Assembly (NCBI RefSeq): GCF_020745735.1
Contig: NW_026867481.1
Location: forward strand, 599,291 to 663,290
From: Hemiscyllium ocellatum
Taxonomy: Eukaryota
Reading direction: 5' to 3'
DNA: 64,000 bases
Shown here piece by piece: positions 11,901 to 23,559 of this stretch. Within the stretch, counting starts at the first letter, position 1, and every line of letters starts with the position of its first letter. The notes below the pieces were generated by a model, which saw nothing but the letters and a program-made list of their open reading frames with translations, was not told the origin of the DNA and did no database searches. Position numbers and translations under genes: made by a program.

Positions 11901-14900
11901 TCATTAACATTAGTTTACATTCTGAGACAGTCACGGTTAAGGATGGCTCAGGCCGCTCACCCCCATGATGTCGGCTATGAAGCTGGTTACCTAAACTGTA
12001 GCCATCAGCTTCTGAATGAGCACAGGCTTATCAGTGTCATTCCCATCCTTATATTGTGTTGGTATGCCAGACGAACGCTCAGGATTCCAAGGAGAACGTA
12101 GATTCTTTTACAACGATTTTTCTTCAACTCTCTCTTTTTTAAAAACTTTCCATTATATTCTATTCTACTTCTATTGCTAATTGTATGTACAATGTTCAAT
12201 TTGTTTTAAAGAATATGGTGAACATGAATCAATCCAGCCACCTTCCGACTAATCATGAGACAATGACACAGATCACTGACAATGTGTGAAAGTATGAAAA
12301 CCAATCGATTTTGCCAATTAATACAGATTATCGACCTCAGGGCTAATACAAATCGATTCAAAAATGTTGACTAATATAACCATACAGTTAGCGGGAGATG
12401 AAACCTTAACAAGTGACTCAGATATTTCATTGTTAATTAAAGGAATAAACACATTTTAAATTCACAAAACAGATTCAAATCTGCTGAGTGTTGCAGACCT
12501 GAAATTGTGACATAACGATCTCAATTTATTACATCACGAGTTTCCAACCCTGAAATGCAGTAAAATTAATTGGTTATAGCCTCTCAATTTAAATCCGAGA
12601 ATCTGTTCCTTAGGCAGTTCCAATCAATCATTGCACATTTATAATGTTTAGGAAGTGAAATGACTGCAGCTACCTTAAGAAGGTCTTCTCTGCCCACATG
12701 GTATAAAATACTTCTTATGCACAATCGATTAATTAATCCAAAGACTCATATATTAACAATAGTATCTTAAGTTTTTTTGCATGATTGTTTCACAAACTAG
12801 CGTTGAACTGAAACTTCAATTCACAGTATTGAAGTGAAACTGATATAGAATAAAACAATGACTGGCACTCCGTACTCAAAAATGAGGTGCAACAGTTTAA
12901 TAATTATGTGGAACCAAACAAGTCTGCAATACAATGGACTCTGCTGATGTCATTTTCTGTAGACAACATCGTTGGTTTGGTTCTATTTAGATCCATTTTT
13001 ATACTTGCAGTTTTACAACTTATAATTAAATTATATAAAGTTCACTGTAATTCCTCCACTTAATGTGCAAATGGGAAAGTATAAGGTGATTTTCCTCAAT
13101 GTTAGGTTTAGATTATTTTTAAGGAATGAGAAAACCCTTGATTTCATCCCGGAAGAGAATTATTCTGCACCTGAGGCCAGGTGTGACAGTGTAAGTGTTT
13201 TTTACGTCCTTTAGTCAGTGGTTTGATTAGTCCACTACCTGGAGATTAAAGGAGTGAAATTTATCTTTGGAAGTAGCACAAAATTATGGGGGAGTTGAGA
13301 GCAGATTTATACTAGTGTCAAATGATGAAAAAACCTCAGGAAAAGACTTTATTTGGAAGACTGTAATGCCGTCCTCCATATTACACTGATCAGAATTTCA
13401 AGAAATCATAAAAAAATTACTTCTTAGAAATTGACAGTAGTGCTGTCAAGTTCTGTGAGACCAACATTTCACGATGTGAGCTCCAGGGAACAAAACTCAA
13501 ACATTCAATCGCCAACAAACAAATGTGTATTCAAATCAGACTACAAAGAGTTGACCAGTCAACAAGCTTCAACGACTCAGCGCTGAGACGATTTCCCTCT
13601 CTCTGTCTCTCGAAACTTTCTGTTTTTTTTTAGCTTTCTGTTGATTCCATTACTGTAAGAGTAATGAAATATTCACATTCCAGAACAGTCGAAATTAGGG
13701 AGTTCCAATTCGAGGAATATTATCAAGCTAAGTTGGCCGTGCCTCTGCTTTAGTCCATAACCAAGGGGGGAAATATAATGGAGACGTTAATTGTCGCACA
13801 ACGTATTACTAGGCTAAATTCATTAAAGACTGGACATACTGAGGCACTAATTCTGCAGATTTGTAATTGCCAATTTTAAAATATTGGTGATTTGCGTGGA
13901 TCAGGGTGTCTTGAAGCATGGCTTGGAACCCAAAGTGTGTCCAATGTTTGTCACGTGGGGTTTCTCCTAACGTAATCCTGGGGAAAGCAAGTTCTTTATT
14001 ACCAATCTCTGTAAATAGTGAAATGATTTTACCAAAACCTTTGGCTGGACACTAGGATCTTTTTGAGTACTTGAACAAGTAATTTGTGGCCAAGTGTAGC
14101 GAGGTCTAATAGTGTTTCTGACAGCGTTTTGTTCCTGGTCAGCTTTCCTGCTCGTTCGTTAAGTGACAACAGTAGTGATCCAGTCTGTGAAGGTACTTGG
14201 GACAAGTACTTGGGGTACTTAGCGAAATACGAACTGTCAGAGGGTTCTTGAAAGAGATCGCAGTGCGCTGACCGTGATTGTAACTTTCGGGGGCTAATCG
14301 CTCCTAGCCCCTTTCTTAAAATCAATAATGGAATCTCCCACCGTAATTGTTGCATTTTGTATGTTTCCCGTCGGGTTTCAGCGTCCCCTTCGAGGGGACA
14401 ACAGGACCGGGTACAGCCTGCACAGCAGGACAAAATTGCCTTGTCCGCTGGGCTGGCACTTCGGTGTAACTTGTAAAATGATTCTATCCCGTCGTCACGT
14501 CCCAGGTCCGTACTCAGAACAGTCACCACCAGGCATATGGTAAGACACAAATAAATACAAAGAACAAAACAAACCAACAAGACAAACATTGGCGCCAGGG
14601 TCAATTCCTTCCCAAGCCCAGCAGTCAGCGAAGTTTGCAATTATGCACATTTCGATCTGTTCATCTTCCGTCTTGACTCAGGGGATCAGCTTGTAGGATC
14701 AGGTCTTCATTAAGCACTTTACTGAATATACTCATTTGAAGCGATATTTCCATTCTTCCTTCTAGCCTCAGCAGAACAGTATGCCTGCCCAGGTCAAGAT
14801 CACGCACTTAACCAATTGCAGTAATTTAGATTAGCCCAACTCACCACTGACATTTGCTCATGCCACATTTAAAATTATTGAAGACACTAATTGAAGTTCA

Positions 14901-15597
14901 CTCAGTACCCCGTAATGAAAGGGAACTTCTGACTACGCCAACTGTTGAAGAAATTCTCGAGAGGCAGATCTTGAACATGAAACATTTTGTTTCACTATGC
15001 ATCATGAGAAGACCACCGTCCTAAGTATGGCTCGGCAGAACTCCGAAGTACAGTCGAATGTTACAGCATTATATAAAAAAAAGGCACAGGCTGAGACACA
15101 GGCTGACTGTTAATTGCAAAGTATCAGGATGGCCCGAGAACTATCAAAACAGGGGTCAGCTCTCGGGCTCAGCTCTAATTTATGCCCCACATTCCAGAGT
15201 GAACAGGAGTGAAAGATATCACTTTACATTTACTGCAGGGATGCCTGCAAATGTAGAACAAATGTCCTTAATTAGATGAACAGCATTACACTGGCAAAAT
15301 ATCGTACACTAATTGACAGGGCTAAGCTCACTTGAGCAATTAAGCTGCATGTTCGAGTAATACATCACAGGGGGAAGCAGTGAGCAAACAAACTGTGGCG
15401 CGTTGAACAGATAAGCTCCATTTATGCGATGCTGCTATAAGACAGCTACAGCTAACACGCCGAGTAAATTGTTCTGCTGGAGTGAGCGGCACTTAAGCGA
15501 AATGGTTCCTTCACCTGGAGGGAAGCCATAGTAAAGAAAATGGCTTCCACAGGTTCATTCAGTTAGTGATTTCCATTGCTCTAACCTGGTGTGTCAG

Positions 15598-15876
15598 ATT
15601 TCAGCAATGGAGTTTCTGTGATACAGCGGGTGTCCTCACTCGCACAGACAGAGGGAGGAAATGCCACTTTAAGTTGCAACCACACTGGCTATGGTTATTA
15701 CTTACTCTGGTACCGTCAGACTGCCGGAGTTCTCTGTCCATTCGTGCTGAAGTGAAGGTGGATTTCGCTCAGGTCTGGTTTTCTGATGCTATCCAACAGT
15801 TTTACTAGTCGTACGAATTAACCCTCTCTGAGCTTTTGGCATCTGACACTACCGTCAATTACTGAGCAATGCGTCT
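15598..15876 (+). pseudogene. TCR V alpha/delta-type pseudogene (plus strand)
   Basis: Acceptor gtgtcag| then FSNGVSVIQRVSSLAQTEGGNATLSCNHTGYGYYLLWYRQTAG. After a deletion/frameshift it reads VDFAQVWFS...TNLTLSELLASDTTVNY*AMR, with Cys104 as TGA. Confidence 0.9.
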
Positions 15877-15915
15877 TACAGTGAAGCGTCTGAGCAAGAG
15901 CCACGTGTAATAACT
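15877..15915 (+). promoter_or_regulatory. Degenerate 23-RSS
   Basis: TACAGTG + 23 nt + GTAATAACT directly after the V end. Confidence 0.8.
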
Positions 15916-16420
15916 GCTGCAGGTTTCTGGGTCACAACTGCTGCCTGTTGAGAGCTGTTCATAAGAACGTGTTAGATACTGGCACTTCAGAACATTGATA
16001 TGAAGGGAAACTTCCGGAGGACAATCACATAAACAGCATTTAACATGCTGCACAACAAATCCCGATTCAAGTATTTATACTGGCCGTGTGAGTACCGAAT
16101 TTGTTGTTGGTTATTTGGGACTCTGTGGGAATGAACTACTTCTGTTCATTGACTAAATAAAATCTGCAACTGATATGACACTAATCCTGACCATATACAC
16201 TGTGTTGACAATAAATATATCAAATACTTTTTGATTTGAATTCCGGGAGTACAGAGGGCAACCCAAGAAATCCCTAAAAATTACATTACCCTGATTGATC
16301 ACTTACTTACATTAAACAATAACACTTTAAAAACTAAGAAGCCACAATACAACAAAGTAAATAGGGGGTGGGGGGTATATTCGGGATATTATAAGAATAT
16401 AATTAACCGTGACGTTAATG

Positions 16421-17020
16421 TGTAATGGCCCAGGCCAAAACCCTCAAAACATTTCAAGGGAGCCCATATTCTAACTTTTCTAGTTATTTTGAGCAGATGT
16501 ACAATGGATATTCCAGGAGTGACGCAGCTTATCAAAACCCCTCGGGTTTTAAACAGAACAGAATTGATTTATGAAACACAAAGAAAAGAGAACCGAATGA
16601 TTTAAACTCTCCAAAATCTCAGCAGACAATGCCAACTTAATCATCCTGTTACAAATACAGTCGCCATAAACACGCTCTTGGCAAAACCGTAAAATAAGAC
16701 ATAGATTCTTACAAGAGAGGGAGAACGCACAGATATTTATCATGAAACTTTGATCTATTGTTGCTGTTTCTTTAGATTCCCCGGCTTAAACTGACCAGCA
16801 GCTCTGAACAGCCAGCCTGCTGAAACCAGTAAAGCCGAGGTGAGAGAACTGGCTTTATCCTTTTCATTAAACTTGAAAGTCTTTTATCTCAATCAGTATT
16901 TGTTAGATATAATCAAATTGGCCCTAGATCCCATACAAACCGGAATCTAAGCGTTTTTTGAACCCTGTAATAATAAAAAAAATGACAGCCTAACCTTGAG
17001 AAAGGAGCAACATCGTTACA
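16421..17020 (-). mobile_element. Solo LTR (Gypsy-like, 4-bp TSD)
   Basis: TGTAA...TTACA termini flanked by AATG on both sides. Paralogue at 43726-44354; related pieces at ~1560-1625 and ~28700-29135. Confidence 0.7.
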
Positions 17021-17538
17021 AATGGTAATAATCCGACAGGAAAAACACATTTTTGTCTTGTTTTCTTAATATTGACTGAATGTAAAAGTCTAACTGAAAA
17101 AAAGTATTCGTGCTTTAAAAGATGAGAAGTGCTTTTGGAAATGAGAACTCAGCGGGACGTGAATAAAAAACCATTTATTTTGAGATTTTGTTAACCCATA
17201 CTGCAGTGCAATCGTGTTGCAGTTACATATTCATTAACGACTGGAAAACAGTGTCAGTTTCGATATAACAGGAAGTTGTTTTGTTACAAAGGTTTTTGTT
17301 CGTAAATTATTAAAAATCATTTAATAACAAATTTGCATCATGTACAGTATGTATTTGATATAACTGGAGCAGAGGAAGCTTCCGCCATGCTGCTCCTGTC
17401 ACTCTCCGATTGTTAAATATTTATATACATTTCAAATCAATGCTTTTTAAAACATAATTTTGGAATTCCTAGTCTCCTCAGTAGTTTGCACACAATTACC
17501 ATCTACCCGATTTCACTCACCTTGCCCTATTACAGGAG

Positions 17539-17577
17539 TGTTTTTGTACGAGACTTCCTCTGGTTTCTGTCACAGTG
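17539..17577 (-). promoter_or_regulatory. 23-RSS identical to that of the open V
   Basis: CACTGTG + 23 nt (ACAGAAACCAGAGGAAGTCTCGT) + ACAAAAACA. Confidence 0.92.
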
Positions 17578-17676
17578 TCTCTGAGCACGCAGTAATACAC
17601 TGCGCTGTCAGACAGACGTAGCTCGTCGATGGTGAAATTCCCCTCACGTTTTGAAATATCCAACGATGCAGAAAAC
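17578..17676 (-). pseudogene. 5'-truncated TCR V alpha/delta fragment (FR3 to CDR3 start only)
   Basis: FSASLDISKREGNFTIDELRLSDSAVYYCVLR, near-identical to the 44911-45010 V end. Homology to the intact V stops abruptly at ~17676. Confidence 0.92.
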
Positions 17677-17989
17677 AGTTCCAACTGCACGCACTTCTGC
17701 CGCCCCATCCCCTTCTGATAAAATCTTGTCTATTGTACTGGGAACTGTAGACAAGATCACAGACAAAATACACGCATAGGATTTACTTTAAAAGAGGTGC
17801 ACACTTTTTTTGTAATGGAGGTCTTGCTGCGATTTCTTGAATGAAGGAGAAAAATCAGTGAAGCATTTCGAAAAAAAGGTGAAGGAACCCTGAATCTGGA
17901 TAATTTCCACAATACTGATTACCAGACTCGAATGGGCTTGCTGAAATAAACCGACATAGATTATAGAAAATTACAGTGCAGTACAGGCC

Positions 17990-18950
17990 TTCCTGTCCTC
18001 GATAGTGCGCCAACCTGTGGAGCCAATCTGAAGCCTTTCCAACCTACATTATTCCATTCTCGTATATATGCCTTTCCAATGACCATTTAAATACCCTCAA
18101 AGTTGATGAGTCTACTAGTGTTGCAGGCAGTATGTTCTCGGTCCCGACTACTGTCTGAGTAAAGAAAATATCTCTGACATCTGATCTAAATCTACCAACA
18201 TTCAATCGCCAGTCGAGGAAATTGGATCTCACTGACAAATTAAATAATCCTGTGATTATCTTATAAGCCTCCATTAAGTCGCTTCACAACCTTCTTCACC
18301 CGAAAGAAAACAGTCTCAAGTCCCTCAGTTTCCTTCCCAAGCCTTTCCATCCATAACAGGCAATTTCCACGTCAATCCTGTCTGATCCATTTCCAAAGCT
18401 TTCACATCCTTCCTATATGCGGTGACCCGAACTGTAAGGAAAACTCTAAATGTGGCTGCAACAGAGTTTTGTGCAGCGGCAACATGATATCATTGTTCTG
18501 AAACTCAATTCCTGCACCAAAAAAAGCTAACACTGCGTACGCTTTCTTAACAACCCAATGAACTTGAGTGGAAACTTTCAAGGATCTAGGTACTTGAACA
18601 CCAATGTCTCTGTTCTCATCTACACCACGAAGAATCTTAGCATTAGCCCATTTCATGCATTCCTTTCACTCCTTCTAAAGTGATACACCTCACACTTCTT
18701 TGTAACCTACAATATTCTTCGTCACTATCTGCAACTCCACCGATATTAGTGTCATCCGCAAATTTACTAACCCATCCTTATATGTCTTCATCCAAGTCAT
18801 TTATATAAATGACAACAGTGGACCCCACTCGTAACTGGACTCCAGGATGAATATTTCCCATGAACCACCAACCAATGTCTTCTTTCAGCTATCCAATTTC
18901 TGATCCAAACTGCTAATTCACCCCTACTCACATGCCTCCATATTTTGTGC
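17990..18950 (-). mobile_element. Degenerate CR1 LINE 3' fragment (paralogue ~55880-56870)
   Basis: ORFs 18044-18274 and 18402-18656 (DIGVQVPRSLKVSTQVHWVVKKAY...HLEFSLQFGSPH) are CR1 RT C-terminus. Confidence 0.85.
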
Positions 18951-20124
18951 AGTAGCCGACCTTGGGAAACCTAATGAAACCTAATATTGTCAGGCTGTCA
19001 AACCTGGATTAGACTAAAAGCAGAATCCATCTCCTTCAGTTAGTTCTGAAAATACTGATGTGCCACTGAATTGGTGGACTTCGTGAAACCATTCATTGAA
19101 AAGTTTGCTGCATATTCTGTGCAACTTATGATTCGCAAAGCACACCAATGAAACTCCTTTTGGTGGATGTTGACCTGAGGTTGGTCACCAACTGGTTGGT
19201 GTTCCTACCAATTGGAATGAGAGTCAAACCATTCAGGAGAGATGTCAGGGATCTTTTAGACGCACAACAGGTAGTTAAGCTTTGAAACATACTTTGCAAA
19301 TGGTAGTTGATTCCAGGTCAGTTGTTAGTGCTAAATTTGAGTTAGATAAATTGTTTTTCAGTGAATATTTTAAAGGATATGATCCAAAAGCTGGTAACAT
19401 GAATCGGTCTACCCACCAGACACGGTATCCATAAGACCATAAGACATAGGAGCATAAATGAGGCCATTCAACCCATTGAATCTGTTTTGACATTCAATTA
19501 TGGTTCTTCAGTTTCTCAAACCCTTTCTCTCACTGTGTACCTGTAACCCTTAATTCCTTTGATATTCAAGAGGTCATGTATCTCCATCTTAAATATACTC
19601 AAAGACCTGCATCCACAGCCTTCCACGACGAAACAAATTCACGGCCCTCTGAGATGTTCTTCTTCTCTCCGTTCAAAGAGGTCTTCCCTTTGCTGTAAGT
19701 CCATGCCCTCGGGTCCAAGTGTTTGTCACCAATGGAAGCATCTTCCCAAAATCCAGTCTATCCAGGGCATACAGTATTGTCAATGTTTCAGTTAGATCCG
19801 AATTCATTCTTCTAACCTGCATCCAATAAAAAAGCAGAATCCTCAAATTTCTTCATATGTTAAGGCGTACATTCCTGGCACCATTCTCGTAAATTTCCTC
19901 TGAACATACGCCAGGTTCAGTATATATAGTTTCTGAGATAGGGGACTGAAAAATGCGCACAATACCCCAAATGTAGTCTGACCAGAGCCTTGTAAGGCAT
20001 GACGGGATATACTCAGGATGATGAATGGCCGACTGTTATGGCTATGTTCCTGTGATACAGAGTTATACACACTGAGAGACTCGGGATGGGAGAGAATCTG
20101 AAAGATTTCATTGTATTTCATGGT

Positions 20125-22887
20125 TTAATGATAGATCAGGATAGCGAAAGGGCATACAAACATTTTCTTTACTTCGTCACGAAACTGGTTCTGGGATAGG
20201 ACATAGGTGAACACGTAAATGGAGGAACTGAATAAAGTAAGCACAATGTTCACCTCTTGGAAAATGTATTATGGATCTTTGAAATTTAAATTGTAGTTCA
20301 AGCCCTTACCTATAACCCGCACATGGACGACGTTTTCCACATACGTCACCAACAGGAGATGGAAACTCAGAGGGATAGCGAAAAGCAGGATAATTGATCT
20401 CTTACAGTTGGCCATTTCCTTGTCTCCACTGTACTTGGTGCTGCGGAACCTCCTGCGGGCTTTGCTGGCTGCTAAGATGTGTCGTTCCGTCAAAACATTG
20501 AGTTAAGTAAATGAGGAAGAATGGGAGAATGGGCGTTAAAATGCGGTCCCGTCAGTGGTAGGCCTGCTAAGCAGGCAGGGTGTAATAGGTGGACTTAATG
20601 TCACAGAACCAGGGGACTCCATCCACAACGAATAATGGTTGGCAAATAAATTACAGAAAATGTTTGATACAGCTCATGACACATACTGTTCCTATGAACA
20701 GCGATGCAGTTTTCTCCATGCAGCATCGAGCCTTCAAGCTCTGCCAGCAGATATCCACTAAACGGTCGAATGTGAAGGCTGCTATCAGGCAGACTGAGCC
20801 ATCCCGGCTTACATAGATCAACACTGCACTGAGCGCACCGGCAGGGGTGGTAGACTGGATACTGTATCGGAAATAAATGCTGAAAATGCGCTAGAAAATG
20901 ATGGCCGTGTGGGTGACAAGGAAATCAGACACCGTGATTGTCATCAGGTAGAAGTAAATGCATCAGGAGAGATTGCACTGACCTCGGGATAGGATTGTGA
21001 TCATGACTCAGCTGGCCGTGACAGACAGAAGGACAAGGAGCTGTAACTGACTGCAGCCAAAACGGAGTCCCTTCCAGCTGTTTGTGCAATCCTGATCCAT
21101 CAATTTGCCATCTCTATACTCCGATTACCCTCAATCAGTGAGAGCTGTAGGAGATCAAATGCTGCAGTAAATATTTGTTGAGAACAGACTTACTCCAATC
21201 AGCACTACTAACCCCTACAGATCCGTGTTCTGTGTATCGTGTCAGCTCCCGTGGCGAACTATCCAATTCAACTCACCTGTAAAATGTCCTCCCCTTCCCC
21301 TATTCATATCAAGCCTATCAAATTGATGTTCACTGACCTACCTTGGATTTCTATCCGAAAAGCTCTCAGCTGTTTCGAGTTTATTCTTCGAATTTTCAAG
21401 TATTCCTATAATCTCACCATTCTCATCCTGTAGCATTCTACTATTGTCGGAGAGAGCATCTGAACTCAATTCCGAACTGGATGCACATAAGTAATCTCAA
21501 TGAATTAAACAGTACGAGTGTAAATTCAGATGGTGATGGCGTGAATGTTCAAACATTGCCCCTTCACTGTGCATGTCTTCCATTCCTTCTTTAAAGTGTT
21601 CCTTCTAAATGAACTCTTTGATTGTATTTTTCTGATTTCTGCCATAATACCTCCTTGTGTTATTTAGTTTTGGATTTTTTGTTCAATCTCCTGTAAAGTT
21701 TCATCACTAAGTTTAGGAGACTGGTTGAAGACAGAAGCTCAACTCCAATTTGTGAGACGAATATGAGAGACAGGAACTTTAATACAAACAGAAACTGCTG
21801 GAACACCTTAGGGGACCCACGTTTTCTGTGAAGACAGAAACAGAAGTTGATGTGCTACTGCTTCAGGACTCTCTAGGTAAACAGGGTAGGTTCACTGTGA
21901 CAATGATATTCCTGTTCTACTAAAGACTAAAATGCATGTAGCTTTCCTACAATAAAGACCAAATGTATAATACTTACCAGCAAATCAAAAGAAAGTATAC
22001 AATAAGTTCAAAATGGTTCATCTTGACTTGCCTCTTTCACATGTTTTCATAAGTAATACCTAAAAGCACGTCAAGAGAGGGAATGCCCAACCTGCGTTCA
22101 CTATACTATAACATGCTCTAAGAATTGCATTATTCCAGAGGTGTGAAAATCATTTTCCAATCAAAAATATTGCATGTTACAATTCATGAAATAAATGTAG
22201 TCATTCATTTTCACATGCAGCTGTCAAAGATGGTGACACACTTTATCACACTATAATACACTGCGAAATGGAACAATGCTAACTCAGGTAGATTTTATTT
22301 TATAGCATTTTATTAAATGCAAGTGCTCAATACTTTATCACACTATAATACACTACGAATTGGAACAATACTAACTAAGGTAGATTTTATTTTATAACAT
22401 TTTATTAAATGCTGGTGCTCAATACTTTATTGCACTATAATACACTACGAATTGGAACAATACTAATTAGGGTAGATTTTATTTTATAGCATTTCATTAA
22501 ATGCTAATGCTCGATAATGCCCATTTTTCATGTTCAGGCAATGCCATGAATTTCACAAATCAAATGAGAGGTGTTTCTCTAAATGTTGAGTATAGCAAAT
22601 TTGAATAATATATTATTTTGCCGCATAACACAAATACAATTGCCACTGTATGCTTTGCAAGTTTTATTATCACGTTATGTGTAATATAGTTTGTGTCAGG
22701 TGAAATTTAAGCAGCACTGAATAGCAAAAATAGAAACGAGTCAGATTCTGAAAAGGATGAGACAAAATTACTGGAGAATCTCAAAACAGTAATTAACTTG
22801 ATGATATCATGACTCACCAGGCATACCAATAACAGTGAGAATGGGATACAAAATGGCAAAGACTGGGCCAATCGCTGCACTGTGCAT
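20125..22887 (-). pseudogene. GPR139/142-like class A GPCR pseudogene, two exons (22887-22818; ~21015-20125)
   Basis: Exon 1 reads MHSAAIGPVFAILYPILTVIGMP with a gtgag donor. Exon 2 has its acceptor mutated to GG and several stops, but keeps TM remnants (AFTFDRL..., MANCKRSIILLFAIPLSF). Confidence 0.9.
22241..22515. repeat. 92-bp x3 tandem repeat in the GPCR pseudogene intron
   Basis: ctttatcacactataatacact... recurs at 22241, 22333 and 22425. Confidence 0.9.
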
Positions 22888-23559
22888 TGTCTTTTGGAAA
22901 TAATTGAATTCCTGAGGCTCTGTGCCTTTGCTCTGTCACACTTCCAAAGCTTTCCTCATTTGCTTCTGCTGAGAGTCTCCAGAGGAACGACTAAATTAGA
23001 ACGTGAACCTTACTCACACTTCACTGAAGAAACAGATGATGTAACAGTTACCTGATTTCTATTTGTAATATTAACGAATTAGACGAATCGAGTATTCATG
23101 TGGTTGAACAGCTGGTTCTGTACTATATGATGCCCCCTTTATCCACGAACGAATCCTTTTTTTTTCAACATCGATTAGAGCGGCTGATAGCAAGCACTGA
23201 ACTAAATTACAAGTCCTCCATTATTTCCTGCCTTCATGTGTTCAGAGCAGTTCATTTATCTTTGCTTCATCCCTTTGTTTTTATTGCTTTCATTTCATCG
23301 ACATTTAGGGGGAGCCTTTCATCATACTGAATTAGCAATCCATTGTCGCAGACTAACCCTTGCCTCCTCAACATAGTAGTAAGTCAGGAACAGTAAAGGA
23401 GCAGTCACTTTCTTGGGAGTTTTCTATAGGCCATTCAATCGCTACAGAGACACTGAGGTGCAGATTAGGAGGCGGATTTTGGAAAGTTGTGGAAGTACCA
23501 GGCTTGTTGCCCTGGATGACTTTACCTTACCGAATGCTGATTAGTTAATTCAAATAGTT

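Larger units (their letters stand above)
15445..17676 (+). repeat. Segmental duplication block A (paralogue ~42727-45010)
   Basis: Colinear high identity by eye across V(+) pseudogene, solo LTR and V(-) 3' end. Confidence 0.93.

Noticed and set aside
12920-12965. SLQ..DSA..FC-like V FR3 motif
   Set aside because: Needs several indels, and there is no FR1/FR2 or RSS nearby.
16198-16204. Isolated CACTGTG heptamer (others at ~19530, 21570, 21895, 54550) as possible D/J RSS
   Set aside because: No nonamer at 12 or 23 spacing and no FGxG J motif found.
22241-22515. CRISPR-like appearance of the regular repeats
   Set aside because: Head-to-tail 92-bp units without unique spacers, in a vertebrate intron.
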